Positions 9,001 to 24,000 are shown, numbered from the stretch's first letter. The stretch: DNA of 64,000 bases from Candidatus Oxydemutator sp. (GCA_965203445.1 OZ241883.1:640001-704000); one strand, 5' to 3'. Made by a program: numbers and translations. Notes: generated by a model from the letters alone, not told the origin.

Positions 9001-12000
9001 CTTCCACCCCCGAACCCCCGCCTAGCGGCGTCCAATCCGCTACGTCGGACAAGTCCAGATCGTTCGACAACTCGTAGCCGGTGCACGTGCTGGGACAGGT
9101 CCGTTTCTCGTCGAAAAAGGGAAACGCCGCATAATAAGCGGCCCTGTTCGCACTGCTCACGCCCGCCGGCCCGACACCGCCCAGGTCATAGCGTATCGCC
9201 GCCAACTGCGACGTCGTCTCCACGTCTATCAAGGTATCGCCGTCGCCGTTGTAGATTGTTTCGTCGCTCGCCTCGATGATGGTCCTGACGGAAACCGGCA
9301 TGCCCAGATCCACGCCGCGCGCGGGCGCCCCCGTGAGCCTCGCGCCCGTCAACGTCACCACCAGCACCTCGGACAACTCGGGCGCGTCGTCATCAAACAC
9401 CGTCACCGAAAACGATGCGCTGACGGCGCCCGATTCGATGGCCACGCTGCTCGCGGTCACGCCGACAAAGTCGTCGGCGTCGACTTCGCCGCCGCCCACC
9501 GACCAATCCCAACGCACGCGCACCCCCGGCGGCAAGGCCTGCGGCAAGCGCACCACGTAACTCGCGGTGCCGCCTTCCGACACCGTCTCGCTGCCGGCGA
9601 GCGTCGGGGCAAGACTCACCGCCGGCTGCGCCTCCCGCTGCAACGTGCGACGCGCCTGCATCGTTTCGGTAGAACCGCCGAACACCAGCACCGGATACTC
9701 GAACACGCTGCCGAAGTCCCACGGACTGTCGTCGTTCAAATCGCCGTCGCGTCCCCGAGCCACGCCGTCCACGTTCAACTGGTCCCAACCCTCATAGATG
9801 GTTCCCGCGGTCGTCGTCGGGACGCGCAACTCGCTCGATGTCTTCGAGGTGTCGTCCGAACTCGGCGCATTCGTTCCGCAGCAACGGCTCAGACCGCTGC
9901 GCTCGGCGTCAAAATAACTCGACTCCACCACGGCGCCGACTACCCGGTTGCCTATCAGACCGCCGACCGTGGCCGTCCCCGTCGTTACCCCGACCGAGTA
10001 GCTGGCGCTGACCACCGACGCGCCGCCGGCTTCGCCCACCAGACCGCCCGCGTCGCTTTCCTCTGCATGCACCTCCACGTCGGCGTAACTCGCCACCAGA
10101 CTGCCGTAATGACCCCCTATCAAACCACCCACTCTCGAGGCGCCGGATACGCGACCGCCACTCACGTAACTCGCCGCCACCTTGCCCTCGTTGCGGCCCA
10201 CCAGCGCACCGGTATAGGTGCTGCTGTGGCCCAAGACCACCCGCGCGTTGCGCAAGCCCACGTTGCGGATGGTGCCGACGGCGCCGACGGCGCCGAACAA
10301 ACCCACGTGATACCGCTGCCCGTCCCCGGTCACCCGCAGATTGCTGATGACGCGGCCGTTGCCTTCAAAAACGGCGGTGTAATAATCCACCGGATATTCC
10401 ACCCCCGAGCCCCCGCCTATCGGCGTCCAGTCCGCTACGTCGGACAAGTCCAGGTCGTTCGACAACTCGTAGCCGGTGCACGTGCTCGGACAGGTCCGTT
10501 TCTCGTCGAAAAAGGGAAACGCCGCATAATAAGCGGCCTTGTTCGCACTGCTCACGCCCGCCGGCCCGACACCGCCCAGGTCGTAGCGTATCGCCGCCAA
10601 CTGCGACGTCGTCTCCACGTCTATCAAGGTGTCGCCGTCGCCGTTGTAGATTGTTTCGTCGCTCGCCTCGATGATGGTCCTGACGGAAACCGGCATGCCC
10701 AGATCCACGCCGCGCGCGGGCGCCCCCGTGAGCCTCGCGCCCGTCAACGTCACCACCAGCACCTCGGAAAACTCGGGCGCGTCGTCGTCGCGCACCCCCA
10801 CCGAAAACGACGCGCTGACGGCGCCCGAGACGATGACCACGTTGCCTGCGGTCGTGCCGACAAAGTCAGCGGCGTCGACTTCACCGCCGCCCACCGACCA
10901 ATCCCAACTCGCACGCACCCCCGGCGGCAAGGCCTGCGGCAAGCGCACCACGTAACTCGCGGTGCCGCCTTCCGACACCGTCTCGCTGCCGGCGAGCGTC
11001 GGGGCAAGACTCACCGCCGGCTGCGCCTCCCGCTGCGACGTGCGACGCGCCTGCACCGTTTCGGTGGAGCCGCCGAACACCAGCACCGGATACTCGAACA
11101 CGCTGCCGAAGTCCCACGGCGCGTCGTCGTTCAAGTTGCCGTCGCGTCCCCGATCCAAGCCGTCCACGTCCAACTGATCCCAACCGGCGTAGATCGTGCC
11201 CGCGGTCGTCGTCGGAACGCGCAACTCGCTCGATGTCTTCGAGGTGTCGTCCGAACTCGGCGCATTCGTTCCGCAGCAACGGCTCAAGCCGCTGCGCTCG
11301 GCGTCAAAATAACTCGACTCCACCACGGCGCCGACTACCCGGTTGCCTATCAGACCGCCGACCGTGGCCGTCCCCGTCGTTACCCCGACCGAGTAGCTGG
11401 CGCTGACCACCGACGCGCCACCGGCTTCGCCCACCAGACCGCCCGCGTTGCTTCCCTCCGCATGCACCTCCACGTCGGCGTAACTCGCAACCAACCGGCC
11501 GTAATGACCCCCTATCAAACCGCCCACCCCCGAGGCGCCGGATATGCGACCGCCGATCACGTAACTCGCCGCCACCTTGCCCTCGTTGCGGCCCACCAGC
11601 GCACCGGTATAGGTGCTGCTGCGACCCAAGACCACCCGCGCGTTGCGCAAGCCCACGTTGCGGATCGCGCCGCCGGCGCCGACGGCGCCGAACAAACCCA
11701 CGTGATACCGCTGCCCGTTTCCGGTCATCGTCAGATTGCTGATGACGCGGCCGTTGCCTTCAAAAACGGCGGTGTAATAATCCACCGGATATTCCACCCC
11801 CGAGCCCCCGCCTATCGGCGTCCAGTCCGCTATGCTGTCCAAGTCCAGGTCGGCAGACAACTCGTAGCCGGTGCACGTGCTCGGACAGGTCCGTTTCTCG
11901 TCGAAAAAGGGAAACGCCGCATAATAAGCGGCCCTGTTCGCACTGCTCACGCCCGCCAACCCGACACCGCCCAGGTCGTAGCGGATCGCCGCCAACTGCG

Positions 12001-15000
12001 ACGTCGTCTCCACGTCTATCAAGGTATCGCCGTCGCCGTTGTAGATTGTTTCGTCGCTCGCCTCGATGATGGTCCTGACGGAAAGCGGCATGCCCAGATC
12101 CACGCCGCGCGCGGGCGCCCCCGTGAGCCTCGCGCCCGTCAACGTCACCACCAGCACCTCGGAAAACTCGGGCTCGTCGTCATCAAACACCCCCACCGAA
12201 AACGACGCGCTGACGGCGCCCGAGACGATGGCCACGTTGCCCGTGGTCGCGCCGATAAAGTCGTCGGCGTCGACTTCGCCGCCGCCCACCGACCAATCCC
12301 AACGCGCACGCACCCCCGGCGGCAAGGCCTGCGGCAAGCGCACCACGTAACTCGCGGTGCCGCCTTCCGACACCGTCTCGCTGCCGGTGAGCGTCGGGGC
12401 AAGACTCACCGCCGGCTGCGCCTCCCGCTGCGACGTGCGACGCGCCGCCTCCGTGTCGGTAGCGCCGCCGAACACCAGCACCGGGTAATCAAACACGCTG
12501 CCGAAGTCCCACGGACTGTCGTCGTTCAAGTTGCCGTCGCCTATCCGATCCAAGCCGTCCACGTTCAACTGATCCCAACCCGCATAGATCGTGCCCGCGG
12601 TCGTCGTCGGGACGCGCAATTCGCTCGACGTCTTCGAGGTGTCGTCCGGACTCGGCGCATTCGTTCCGCAGCAACGGCTCAAGCCGCTGCGCTCGGCGTC
12701 AAAATAACTCGACTCCACCACGGCGCCGACTACCCGGTTGCCTATCAGACCGCCGGCCGTGGCCGTCCCCGTCGTTACCCCGACCGAGTAGCTGGCGCTG
12801 ACCACCGACGCGCCACCGGCTTCGCCCACCAGACCGCCCGCGTTGCTTTCCTCCGCATGCACCTCCACGTCGGCGTAACTCGCCACCAGACTGCCGTAAT
12901 GACCCCCTATCAAACCACCCACTCTCGAGGCGCCGGATATGCGACCGCCACTGACGTAACTTGCCGCCACCTTGCCCTCGTTGCGGCCCACCAGCGCACC
13001 GGTATAGGTGCTGCTGCGACCCAAGTCCACCCGCGCGTTGCGCAAACCCACGTTGCGGATCGCGCCGTCGGCACCGACGGCGCCGAACAGACCCACGTGA
13101 TACCGCTGCCCGTCCGTGGCCATCGTCAGATTGCTGATGACGTGGCCGTTGCCTTCAAAAACGGCGGTGTAATAATCTACTGGAGCTTCCACCCCCGAAC
13201 CCCCGCCTATCGGCGTCCAATCCGCTACGTCGGACAAGTCCAGGTCGCCCGACAACTCGTAGCCAGTGCACGTGCTCGGACAGGTCCGTTTCTCGTCGAA
13301 AAAGGGAAACGCCGCATAATAAGCGGATTTGTTAGTCTTGCCCACGCCCGCCGGCCCGACACCGCCCAGGTCGTAGCGGATCGCCGCCAACTGCGACGTC
13401 GTCTCCACGTCTATCAAGGTATCGCCGTCGCCGTTGTAGATTGTTTCGTCGCTCGCCTCGATCGTGGTCCTGACGGAAAGCGGCACGCCTAAACTCACGC
13501 GCGCGGGCGCCCCCGTGAGCCTCGCGCCCGTCAACGTCACCACCAGCACCTCGGACAACTCGGGCTCGTCGTCATCAAACACCCCCACCGAAAACGACGC
13601 GCTGACGGCGCCCGATTCGATGGCCACGCTGCTCGCAGTCACGCCGATAAAGTCGGCGATGTCGACTTCGCCGCCGCCCACCGACCAATCCCAGCTCGCA
13701 CGCACCCCCGGCGGCAAGGCCTGCGGCAAGCGCACCACGTAACTCGCGGTGCCGCCTTCCGACACCGTCTCGCTGCCAGCGAGCGTCGGGGCAAGACTCA
13801 CCGCCGGCTGCGCCTCCCGCTGCAACGTGCGACGCGCCTGCATCGTTTCGGTAGAACCGCCGAACACCAGCACCGGATACTCGAACACGCTGCCGAAGTC
13901 CCACGGCGCGTCGTCGTTCAAGTCGCCGTCGCCTATCCGATCCAAGCCGTCCACGTTCAACTGGTCCCAACCCGCATAGATCGTGCCCGCGGTCGTCGTC
14001 GGGACGCGCAACTCGCTCGACGTCTTCGGGGCGGTGTCCGAACTCGGCGCATTCGTTCCGCAGCAACGGCTCAAGCCGCTGCGCTCGGCGTCAAAATAAC
14101 TCGACTCCACCACGGCGCCGACTACCCGGTTGCCTATCAGACCGCCGGCCGTGGCCGTCCCCGTCGTTACCCCGACCGAGTAGCTGGCGCTGACCACCGA
14201 CGCGCCGCCGGCTTCGCCCACCAGACCGCCCGCGTTGCTTTCCTCTGCTTGCACCTCCACGTCGGCGTAACTCGCCACCAGACTGCCGTAATGACCTCCT
14301 ATCAAACCGCCCACCCCAAAGGCGCCGGATACGCGACCGCCGATCACGTAACTCGCCGCCACCTTGCCCTCGTTGCGGCCCACCAGCGCACCGCTATAGG
14401 TGCTGCTGCGACCCAAGTCCACCCGCGCGTTGCGCAAGCCCACGTTGCGGATCGCGCCGTCGGCGCCGACGGCGCCGAACAAACCCACGTGATACCGCTG
14501 CCCGTTTCCGGTCATCGTCAGATTGCTGATGACGCGGCCGTTGCCTTCAAAAACGGCGGTGTAATAATCCACCGGATATTCCACCCCCGAGCCCCCGCCT
14601 ATCGGCGTCCAGTCCGCTATGCTGTCCAAGTCCAGGTCGGCAGACAACTCGTAGCCGGTGCACGTGCTCGGACAGGTCCGTTTCTCGTCGAAAAAGGGAA
14701 ACGCCGCATAATAAGCGGCCCTGTTCGCACTGCTCACGCCCGCCGGCCCGACACCGCCCAGGTCATAGCGTATCGCCGCCAACTGCGACGTCGTCTCCAC
14801 GTCTATCAAGGTATCGCCGTCGCCGTTGTAGATTGTTTCGTCGCTCGCCTCGATGATGGTCCTGACGGAAACCGGCATGCCCAGATCCACGCCGCGCGCG
14901 GGCGCCCCCGTGAGCCTCGCGCCCGTCAACGTCACCACCAGCACCTCGGACAACTCGGGCGCGTCGTCATCAAACACCGCCACCGAAAACGATGCGCTGA

Positions 15001-18000
15001 CGGCGCCCGATTCGATGGCCACGCTGCTCGCGGTCACGCCGACAAAGTCGTCGGCGTCGACTTCGCCGCCGCCCACCGACCAATCCCAACGCACGCGCAC
15101 CCCCGGCGGCAAGGCCTGCGGCAAGCGCACCACGTAACTCGCGGTGCCGCCTTCCGACACCGTCTCGCTGCCGGCGAGCGTCGGGGCAAGACTCACCGCC
15201 GGCTGCGCCTCCCGCTGCAACGTGCGACGCGCCTGCATCGTTTCGGTAGAACCGCCGAACACCAGCACCGGATACTCGAACACGCTGCCGAAGTCCCACG
15301 GACTGTCGTCGTTCAAATCGCCGTCGCGTCCCCGAGCCACGCCGTCCACGTTCAACTGGTCCCAACCCTCATAGATGGTTCCCGCGGTCGTCGTCGGGAC
15401 GCGCAACTCGCTCGATGTCTTCGAGGTGTCGTCCGAACTCGGCGCATTCGTTCCGCAGCAACGGCTCAGACCGCTGCGCTCGGCGTCAAAATAACTCGAC
15501 TCCACCACGGCGCCGACTACCCGGTTGCCTATCAGACCGCCGACCGTGGCCGTCCCCGTCGTTACCCCGACCGAGTAGCTGGCGCTGACCACCGACGCGC
15601 CGCCGGCTTCGCCCACCAGACCGCCCGCGTCGCTTTCCTCTGCATGCACCTCCACGTCGGCGTAACTCGCCACCAGACTGCCGTAATGACCCCCTATCAA
15701 ACCACCCACTCTCGAGGCGCCGGATACGCGACCGCCACTCACGTAACTCGCCGCCACCTTGCCCTCGTTGCGGCCCACCAGCGCACCGGTATAGGTGCTG
15801 CTGTGGCCCAAGACCACCCGCGCGTTGCGCAAGCCCACGTTGCGGATGGTGCCGACGGCGCCGACGGCGCCGAACAAACCCACGTGATACCGCTGCCCGT
15901 CCCCGGTCACCCGCAGATTGCTGATGACGCGGCCGTTGCCTTCAAAAACGGCGGTGTAATAATCCACCGGATATTCCACCCCCGAGCCCCCGCCTATCGG
16001 CGTCCAGTCCGCTACGTCGGACAAGTCCAGGTCGTTCGACAACTCGTAGCCGGTGCACGTGCTCGGACAGGTCCGTTTCTCGTCGAAAAAGGGAAACGCC
16101 GCATAATAAGCGGCCCTGTTCGCATCGCTAACGCCCGCCGGCCCGACACCGCCCAGGTCGTAGCGGATCGCCGCCAACTGCGACGTCGTCTCCACGTCTA
16201 TCAAGGTATCGCCGTCGCCGTTGTAGATTGTTTCGTCGCTCGCCTCGATGATGGTCCTGACGGAAAGCGGCACGCCTAAACTCACGCGCGCGGGCGCCCC
16301 CGTGAGCCTCGCGCCCGTCAACGTCACCACCAGCACCTCAGACAACTCGGGCTCGCCGTCCACGCGCACCCTCAACGAAAACGACGCGCTGACGGCGCCC
16401 GATTCGATGGCCACGCTGCTCGCAGTCACGCCGACAAAGTCGTCGGCGTCGACTTCGCCGCCGCCCACCGACCAATCCCAACGCGCACGCACCCCCGGCG
16501 GCAAGGCCTGCGGCAAGCGCACCACGTAACTCGCGGTGCCGCCTTCCGACACCGTCTCGCTGCCGGTGAGCGTCGGGGCAAGACTCACCGCCGGCTGCGC
16601 CTCCCGCTGCAACGTGCGACGCGCCGCCTCCGTGTCAGTAGCACCGCCGAACACCAGCACCGGGTAATCGAACACGCTGCCGAAGTCCCACGGCGCGTCG
16701 TCGTTCAAGTCGCCGTCGCGTCCCCGATCCAAGCCGTCCACGTTCAACTGGTCCCAACCCGCATAGATCGTGCCCGCGGTCGTCGTCGGAACGCGCAACT
16801 GAGAGGAAGTCCTGGGCGCGGTATCCGTAGTCGGCACGTTCGTTCCGCAGCAACGGCTCAAGCCGCTGCGCTCGGCGTCAAAATAACTCGACTCCACCAC
16901 GGCGCCGACTACCCGGTTGCCTATCAGACCGCCGGCCGTGGCCGTCCCCGTCGTTACCCCGACCGAGTAGCTGGCGCTGACCACCGACGCGCCGCCGGCT
17001 TCGCCCACCAGACCGCCCGCGTTGCTTCCCTCTGCATGCACCTCCACGTCGGCGTAACTCGCCACCAGACTGCCGTAATGACCCCCTATCAAACCGCCCA
17101 CTCTCGAGGCGCCGGATACGCGACCGCCGATCACGTAACTCGCCGCCACCTTGCCCTCGTTGCGACCCACCAGCGCACCGGTATAGGTGCTGCTGTGGCC
17201 CAAGTCCACCCGCGCGTTGCGCAAGCCGACGTTGCGGATCGCGCCGTCGGCGCCGACGGCGCCAAACAAACCCACGTGATACCGCTGCCCGTCCCCGGTC
17301 ATCGTCAGATTGCTGATGACGCGACCGTTGCCTTCAAAAACGGCGGTGTAATAATCCACCGGATATTCCACCCCCAAGCCCCCGCCTATCGGCGTCCAGT
17401 CCGCTACGTCGGACAAGTCCAGGTCGCCCGACAACTCGTAGCCGGTGCACGTGCTGGGACAGGTCCGTTTCTCGTCGAAAAAGGGAAACGCCGCATAATA
17501 AGCGGCCCTGTTGGCACTGCCCACGCCCGCCGGCCCGACACCGCCCAGGTCGTGGCGGATCATCGCCAACTGCGACGTCGTCTCCACGTCTATCAAACCG
17601 TCGGCGTCGGCGTCGTAGTCGGTGCCCGCGCTCGCCTCGATGGTGGTCACTGACGGAAGCGCGCCTCTCAATGCCAGCTCCGCTCCCGCATCCGCGACTA
17701 TGCTCGCATCCACCTGGAAGCGCTCCGGATCCTCCGCGCCCTGGTCGTCGAAAACGTGAACCGAAAACGTCGTCCTGCTGCTGCCCGTCATGATGATCGC
17801 GGTGCCGGCCGGAAAATCGGCCAGCGCCGTCGTCGCCGTGGCGCCAGCGCGAAAATCCCCGGGCATCGCGCCGTCGCTCCCGGCCACCGCGGCAACGACC
17901 CAACTTACCGTAACCGGACGGGGCACCTCGATGGGCACGCCCACCGTGTACTCCGCCGTTTCTCCCTCGGCCACCGTCGCGCTCCCGCGCAACGTCACCG

Positions 18001-21000
18001 TCTGCTGCGCCCCGAGCTGCGACGCCCGACGCGCCACCATAGTGGCGGTAGCACCGCCGAACACCAGCACCGGGTAATCGAACACGGTGCCGAAATGCCA
18101 CGGCGCGTCGTCGTTGTAGTCGCCGTCGCGTCCCTGATCCACGCGATCCACGTCCAACTGATCCCAACCTTCATAGATGGTGCCCGCGGCCGCGATCGGG
18201 ACACGCAACTCGCTCGACGTCTTCGGGGCGTTGTCCGTACTCGGCACTCTCTCTCCGCAGCATCTGCTCTGGCCGCTGCGCTCGCTGTCAAAGTAACTTG
18301 CGCTCAATACGCTTCTCCTCGAGCGTCCGCCCACCAGACCGCCTACCGAACGTGAGTCTTCGCCTGGCAGCACCCTACTCACCGAGTAACTCGCGCGCAC
18401 CACCCCGGAACCACTCATACCGCCCGCCAATCCGCCCAATGACCGATCGGTCCCAGCCACCGACACGTCCGCGTAACTCGCTACCAACGTGCCCAAGTTG
18501 ACTCCCATCAAGCCCCCTACCCACGAACCGCCGCGCACCGATCCACCCGACACGTAACTCGCCGCCACTTGCCCATAGCTAAAACTCACCAAGGCCCCCG
18601 TTCCTAAGCTACCCTCGCGACCCCCCTGCACGTCCACGACCACGTCCCGCAGGCCCACGTTGCGCACCCGGCCGTCCCCACCCAATGTGCTGAACAAGCC
18701 GACATAATGCCAAGGCCGCGACGGGCTGCGGATACGCATATTCCTTATCACGTGGCCGTTGCCCTCGAAAACCCCCTGGTAGCGGATGCCCGCGGGCGGA
18801 ACGTTGTTCCGCGTTCTAACGCGAGTACCGCCGCCTATCGGCGTCCAGTCCATGCCGGAAAGGTCCAGGTCGTTTGACAACTCGTAGCCGGCGCACGTGT
18901 TCACACAGGTGCGCCTCTCATCGAAAAAGGGAAACGCTGCCAGATAAGCACTCCTGTTCGCATCGCCGCTCACGCCCGCCAGCCCGGCGCCGCCCAGGTC
19001 GTGGCGGATCGCATCCAACTGCGACCTCGTCGTCACCTCTATCAAGGCGTCGCCGTCGGTGTCGTAGTCGGTGCCGTCGCTGAACTCGATGGTGGTCATC
19101 ATGGAAACCACGCCTGAAGTCACACGCGCGGGCGCCCCCGTGAGCCTCGCGCCCGTCAACGTTACCACCAGTACCTCGGAAAACTCAGGGATAGCGTCAT
19201 CGAACACCCTGACCGAAAACGACGCGCTGACGACGTCCGAGGTGATGACCACGCTGCCCGCGGTCGTGCCGACAAAGTCGGCGCTGCCGACTTCGCCGCC
19301 GCCCACCACCCAACTCCAACTCGTGGCCACCCCCGCCGGCAAGGCCATCGGAAAACTCACCACGTAACTCGCCACCTCGCCTTCCGACACCGTCTCGCTG
19401 CCGGCGAGCGTCGGCGTAAGAATTATCCTCTGCGCCTGCCGCTGCGACGTGCGACGCGCCTGCACCGTCTCGGTAGAGCCGCCGAACACCAGCACCGGGT
19501 AATCAAACGCGCCGCCGAAATCCCACGGCGCGTCGTCGTTGTAGTCGCCGTCGTCTCCCTGATCCACGGCGTCCACGTTCAACTGGTTCCAACCCTCGTA
19601 GATGGTGCCTGCCGCGGTGGTCGGAAAAAACAACTCGACTGACGCCTTCGAGGCGTCGTCCGGAGTCGGCGGATTCGTTCCGCAGCAACGGCTCCGGCCG
19701 CTGCGCTCCCGGTCAAAATAACTGGACTCCACGACGGCGCCGACTCTCCTGTTCCCTATCAAGCCGCCGACCGTTCCCCCCGTCGGCCTGCCGACGGAGT
19801 AGCTGGCGCTTACCACCGACGCGCCACCGGCTTCGCCCACCAGACCGCCCACGTTACTTTCCTCTGCATGCACTTCCACGTCGGCGTAACTCGCCACCAA
19901 CCTGCCGCGATGATCCCCTATCAAGCCGCCCACCGCGGAGGCGCCGGATATGCGACCGCCACTGACGTAACTCGCCGCCACTTGGCCATCGTTGCGGCCC
20001 ACCAGCGCTCCTATATAAGTACTATGAGCACCCAGGGACACCCGCGCGTTGCGCAAACCCACGTTGCGGATCACGCCGACGGCGCTCACGGCGCCGAACA
20101 AGCCCGCGTGAGAAAACTGTCCATCCCTGGCCACCCGCAAATTGCTGATGACGCGGCCGTTGCCTTCAAAAACGGCGGTGTAATAATCCTCCTCCAGAAG
20201 GGTTTCGACCCCCCCGCCCAGCGGCGTCCAGTCCGGGATGCTGGACAAGTCCAGATCGGCCGACAACTCGTAGCCGGTACACGTGCTGGGGCAGGTTCGC
20301 GCCTCGTCGAAAAAGGGAAACGCCGCATAATAATCTTCCTCGTTCGCAGCGCTCACGCCCGCCGGCCCGACACCGCCCAGGTCGTAGCGGATCGCCGCCA
20401 ACTGCGACGTCGTCTCCACCTCTATCAAGGTGTCGTCGTCGACGTCGTAGTCGGTGCCCGCGCTCACCTCGATGGTGGTCACCAACGGAAGCGCGCTTCT
20501 CAATGCCACCTCCGCTCCCGCATCCGCGACCAGGTTCACGCTCACCTGGAAACGCTCCGGGTTCTCCGCGTTCTGGTCGTCGAAAACGTGAACCGAAAAC
20601 GTCGTCCTGCTGCTGCCCGTCATGATGATCGCGGTGCCGGTCGGAAAATCGGCCAGCGCCGTCGTCGCCGTGGCGCCAGCGCGAAAATCCCCGGGCATCG
20701 CGCCGTCGCTCCCGGCCACCGCGGCAACGACCCAACTTACCGTAACCGGACGGGGCACCTCGATGGGCACGCCCACCGTGTACTCCGCCGTTTCTCCCTC
20801 GGCCACCGTCGCGCTCCCGCGCAACGTCACCGTCTGCTGCGCCTCGATCTGCGACGCCCGACGCGCCACCGTAGTGGCGGTAGCACCGGCGAACACCAGC
20901 ACCGGGTAATCGAACACGGTGCCGAAATGCCACGGCGCGTCGTCGTTGTAGTCGCCGTCGCGTCCCTGATCCACTCCGTCCACGTCCAACTGGTCCCAAC

Positions 21001-24000
21001 CCTCATAGATGGTGCCCGTCGCGGTGGTCGGGGTTCGCAACTCGCTCGACGTCTTCGGGGCGTCGTCCGTACCCGGCACCCTCTCGCCGCAGCATCTGCT
21101 CTGGCCGCTGCGCTCGCTGTCGAAGTAACTTGCGCTCAATACGCTGCTTCCCGAGCGCCCGCCCACCAGACCGCCTACCGAACGTGGGCCTGCGCTTGTC
21201 AGCACCCTACCCACCGAGTAACTCGCGCTCACCACCCCGGAACCAAGCATACGGCCCACCAATCCACCCAATGATCGCTCCGTCGCAGCCACCGACACGT
21301 CCGCGTAACTCGCTATCAACGTGCCGCCGTTGGCTCCCACCAGGCCCCCTACCTCCCAACCACCGCGCACTGAACCGCCCGACACGTAACTCGCCGCCAC
21401 TCGCCCGTAGCTATAACCTACCAAGGCCGCCGTTCCGGTGCTGCCGCCGTAGCCTCCCTGCACCTCCACCTCCACGTCCCGCAGACCCACGTTGCGCACC
21501 CAGCCGGCCTCGCCCAGCGCGCCGAACAAGCCGACAAAATGCCAATTCCGCGACGGGCTGCGGATACGCACGTTCCTTATCACGTGGCCGTTGCCGTCGA
21601 AAATCGCCCGGTAGCGGATACCCACGGGCGGAACGTTGCCCGGCTGCACGGCACGGGCACCGCCGCCTAGCGGCGTCCAGTCCACGCCGGAAAGGTCCAG
21701 GTCGTTTGACAACTCGTAGCCGGTGCACGTGCTGGGACAGGTCTGCAGCGCGCCGAAAACGGGAAACGCCGCAAAATAATCGGATTTGTTAGTCTTGCCC
21801 ACGCCCGCTATCCCGGCACCGCCCAGGTCGTGGCGTATCGCCGCCAACTGCGACGTCGTCGCCACCTCTATCAAGGAGTCGTTGTCGTCGTCGTAGTCTA
21901 TTCCGTCGCTGAACTCGATGGTGGTCATCACGGCAGCCGGCACGCCTACACTCACGCGCGCGGGCGCCCCCGTGAGCCGCGCGCCCGTCAACGCGATCAT
22001 CAGGACCTCGGACAACTCGGGGGCGTCGTCATCGCGCACCTTCACTGAAAACGACGCGCTGACGGTGCCGGACTCGATGACCACGCTGCCCGTGGTCGCG
22101 CCGACAAAGTCGTCGCCGTCGACTTCGTCGCCACCCACCGACCAATTCCAACTCGCGCTCACCCCCGCCGGCAAGACCAGCGGCAAACTCACCACGTAAC
22201 TTGCGGTGCCACCTTCCGGCACCGTCGCGCTGCCGGTGAGCGTCGGCGCAAGACTCACCTGCGGTTGCGCCTGCCGCTGCGACGTGCGGCGCATCGCCAT
22301 AGTCTCGGTAGCACCGCCGAACACCAGCACCGGGTAATCGAACACGCTGCCGAAATCCCACGGCGCGTCGTCGTTGTAGTCGCCGTCGTCTCCCTGATCC
22401 ACGTCGTCCACGTTCAGCTTGTCCCAACCCGCGTAGATGGTGCCCGTCGCCGTGATCGGGACGCGCAACTCGTTCGACGTCTTCGAGGTGTTGTCCGGAC
22501 TCGGCGGATACGTTCCGCAGCATCTGCTCTGGCCGCTGCGTTCTCTGTCAAAATAACTGGACTCCACCACCGCGGTGTTATCGCTATGCTGCCCTATCAA
22601 GCCGGCGACCGTGCGCCACCCCGCCGTTCTCCCGACGGAGTAGCTGGCGCTCACCACCGACGCGGCACCGCCCAGGCCCACCAGGCCGCCCCCTGCACTT
22701 CGAGGTGCAAACACTTCCACGTCGGCGTAACTCGCTACCACCCTACCGAAATTACCCCCTATCAAGCCGCCTATCTCATGTACGCCGTCTATGAGACCGC
22801 CAATGACGTAACTCGCCGCCACTTTGCCCTCGTTGCGGCCCACCAGCGCACCGGTATAAACGCTTTCCAAGCCTAAGAATATCCGCGCGTCCCGCAAGCC
22901 CACGTTGCGGATCCTGCCACCGGCGCCGACGGCGCCGAACAAACCCACGTTATACCACCGCTGCCCAGGCCTGTTCACCCGCAGATTGCTGACGACGTGA
23001 CCGTTGCCTTCAAAAACAGCGGTATAAAAATTCCCCGGAAGGGATCCACGCCTGATGCCGCCGCCTATCGGCGTCCAGTCCGGTATGCCGGACAGGTCCA
23101 GGTCGGCCGATAACTCGTAGCCGGTGCACGTGCTAGGACAGGTCTGCTTCTCGTCGAAAAAGGAAAACGCCTCAAAATAATTGGCTCTGTTCGTATCGCT
23201 CACGCCCGCTATCCCGGCACCGCCCAGGTCGTGGCGGATTGCCGCCAACTGCAACGTCGTCCTTACCTCTATCAAGGTATCGCCGTCGGTGTCGTAGTTG
23301 GTGCCGTCGCTTAACTCGATGGCGGTCCTGACGGAAACCGGCACGCCTACGCCCACGCGCGCGGGCGCCCCCGTGAGCCTCGCGCCCGTCAACGATACCA
23401 CCAGAACCTCGGACAACTCGGGCACGGCGTCATCGAACACCCGCACCGAAAACGACGCGCTGACGGCACCGGACTCGATGACCACGCTGCCCGCGGTCGT
23501 GCCGACAAAGTCGGCGGCGTCGACGTCGACGCCGCCCACCGCCCAATTCCAACTCGCGCTCACCCCGGCCGGCAAGACCTCCGGCAAACTCACCACGTAA
23601 CTCGCGGTGCCGCCTTCCGGCACCGTAGCGCTGCCGACGAGCGTCGGCGCAAGAATTACCCCCTGCGCCTGCTGCTGCAACGTGCGACGCGCCTGCCTGG
23701 TGTCGGTAGCGCCGCCGAACACCAGCACCGGGTAATCGAACACGGTGCCGAAATCCCACGGCGCGTCGTCGTTCAAGTCGCCGTCGCGTCCCTGATCCAC
23801 GCGGTCCACGTTCAATTTGTCCCAACCCTCGTAGATGGTGCCCGCGGCCGTGGTCGGGACGCGCAACTTGCTCGAGGTCTTCGGGGCGACGTTGTTCAAA
23901 TCACCCGGGTTCGTTCCGCAGCAACCAGCCCGTAGGCTGCGCTCCACGTCAAAATAACTGGACTCCACCACGGCGCCGACTGCCCTTTGCCCTAGCAAGC

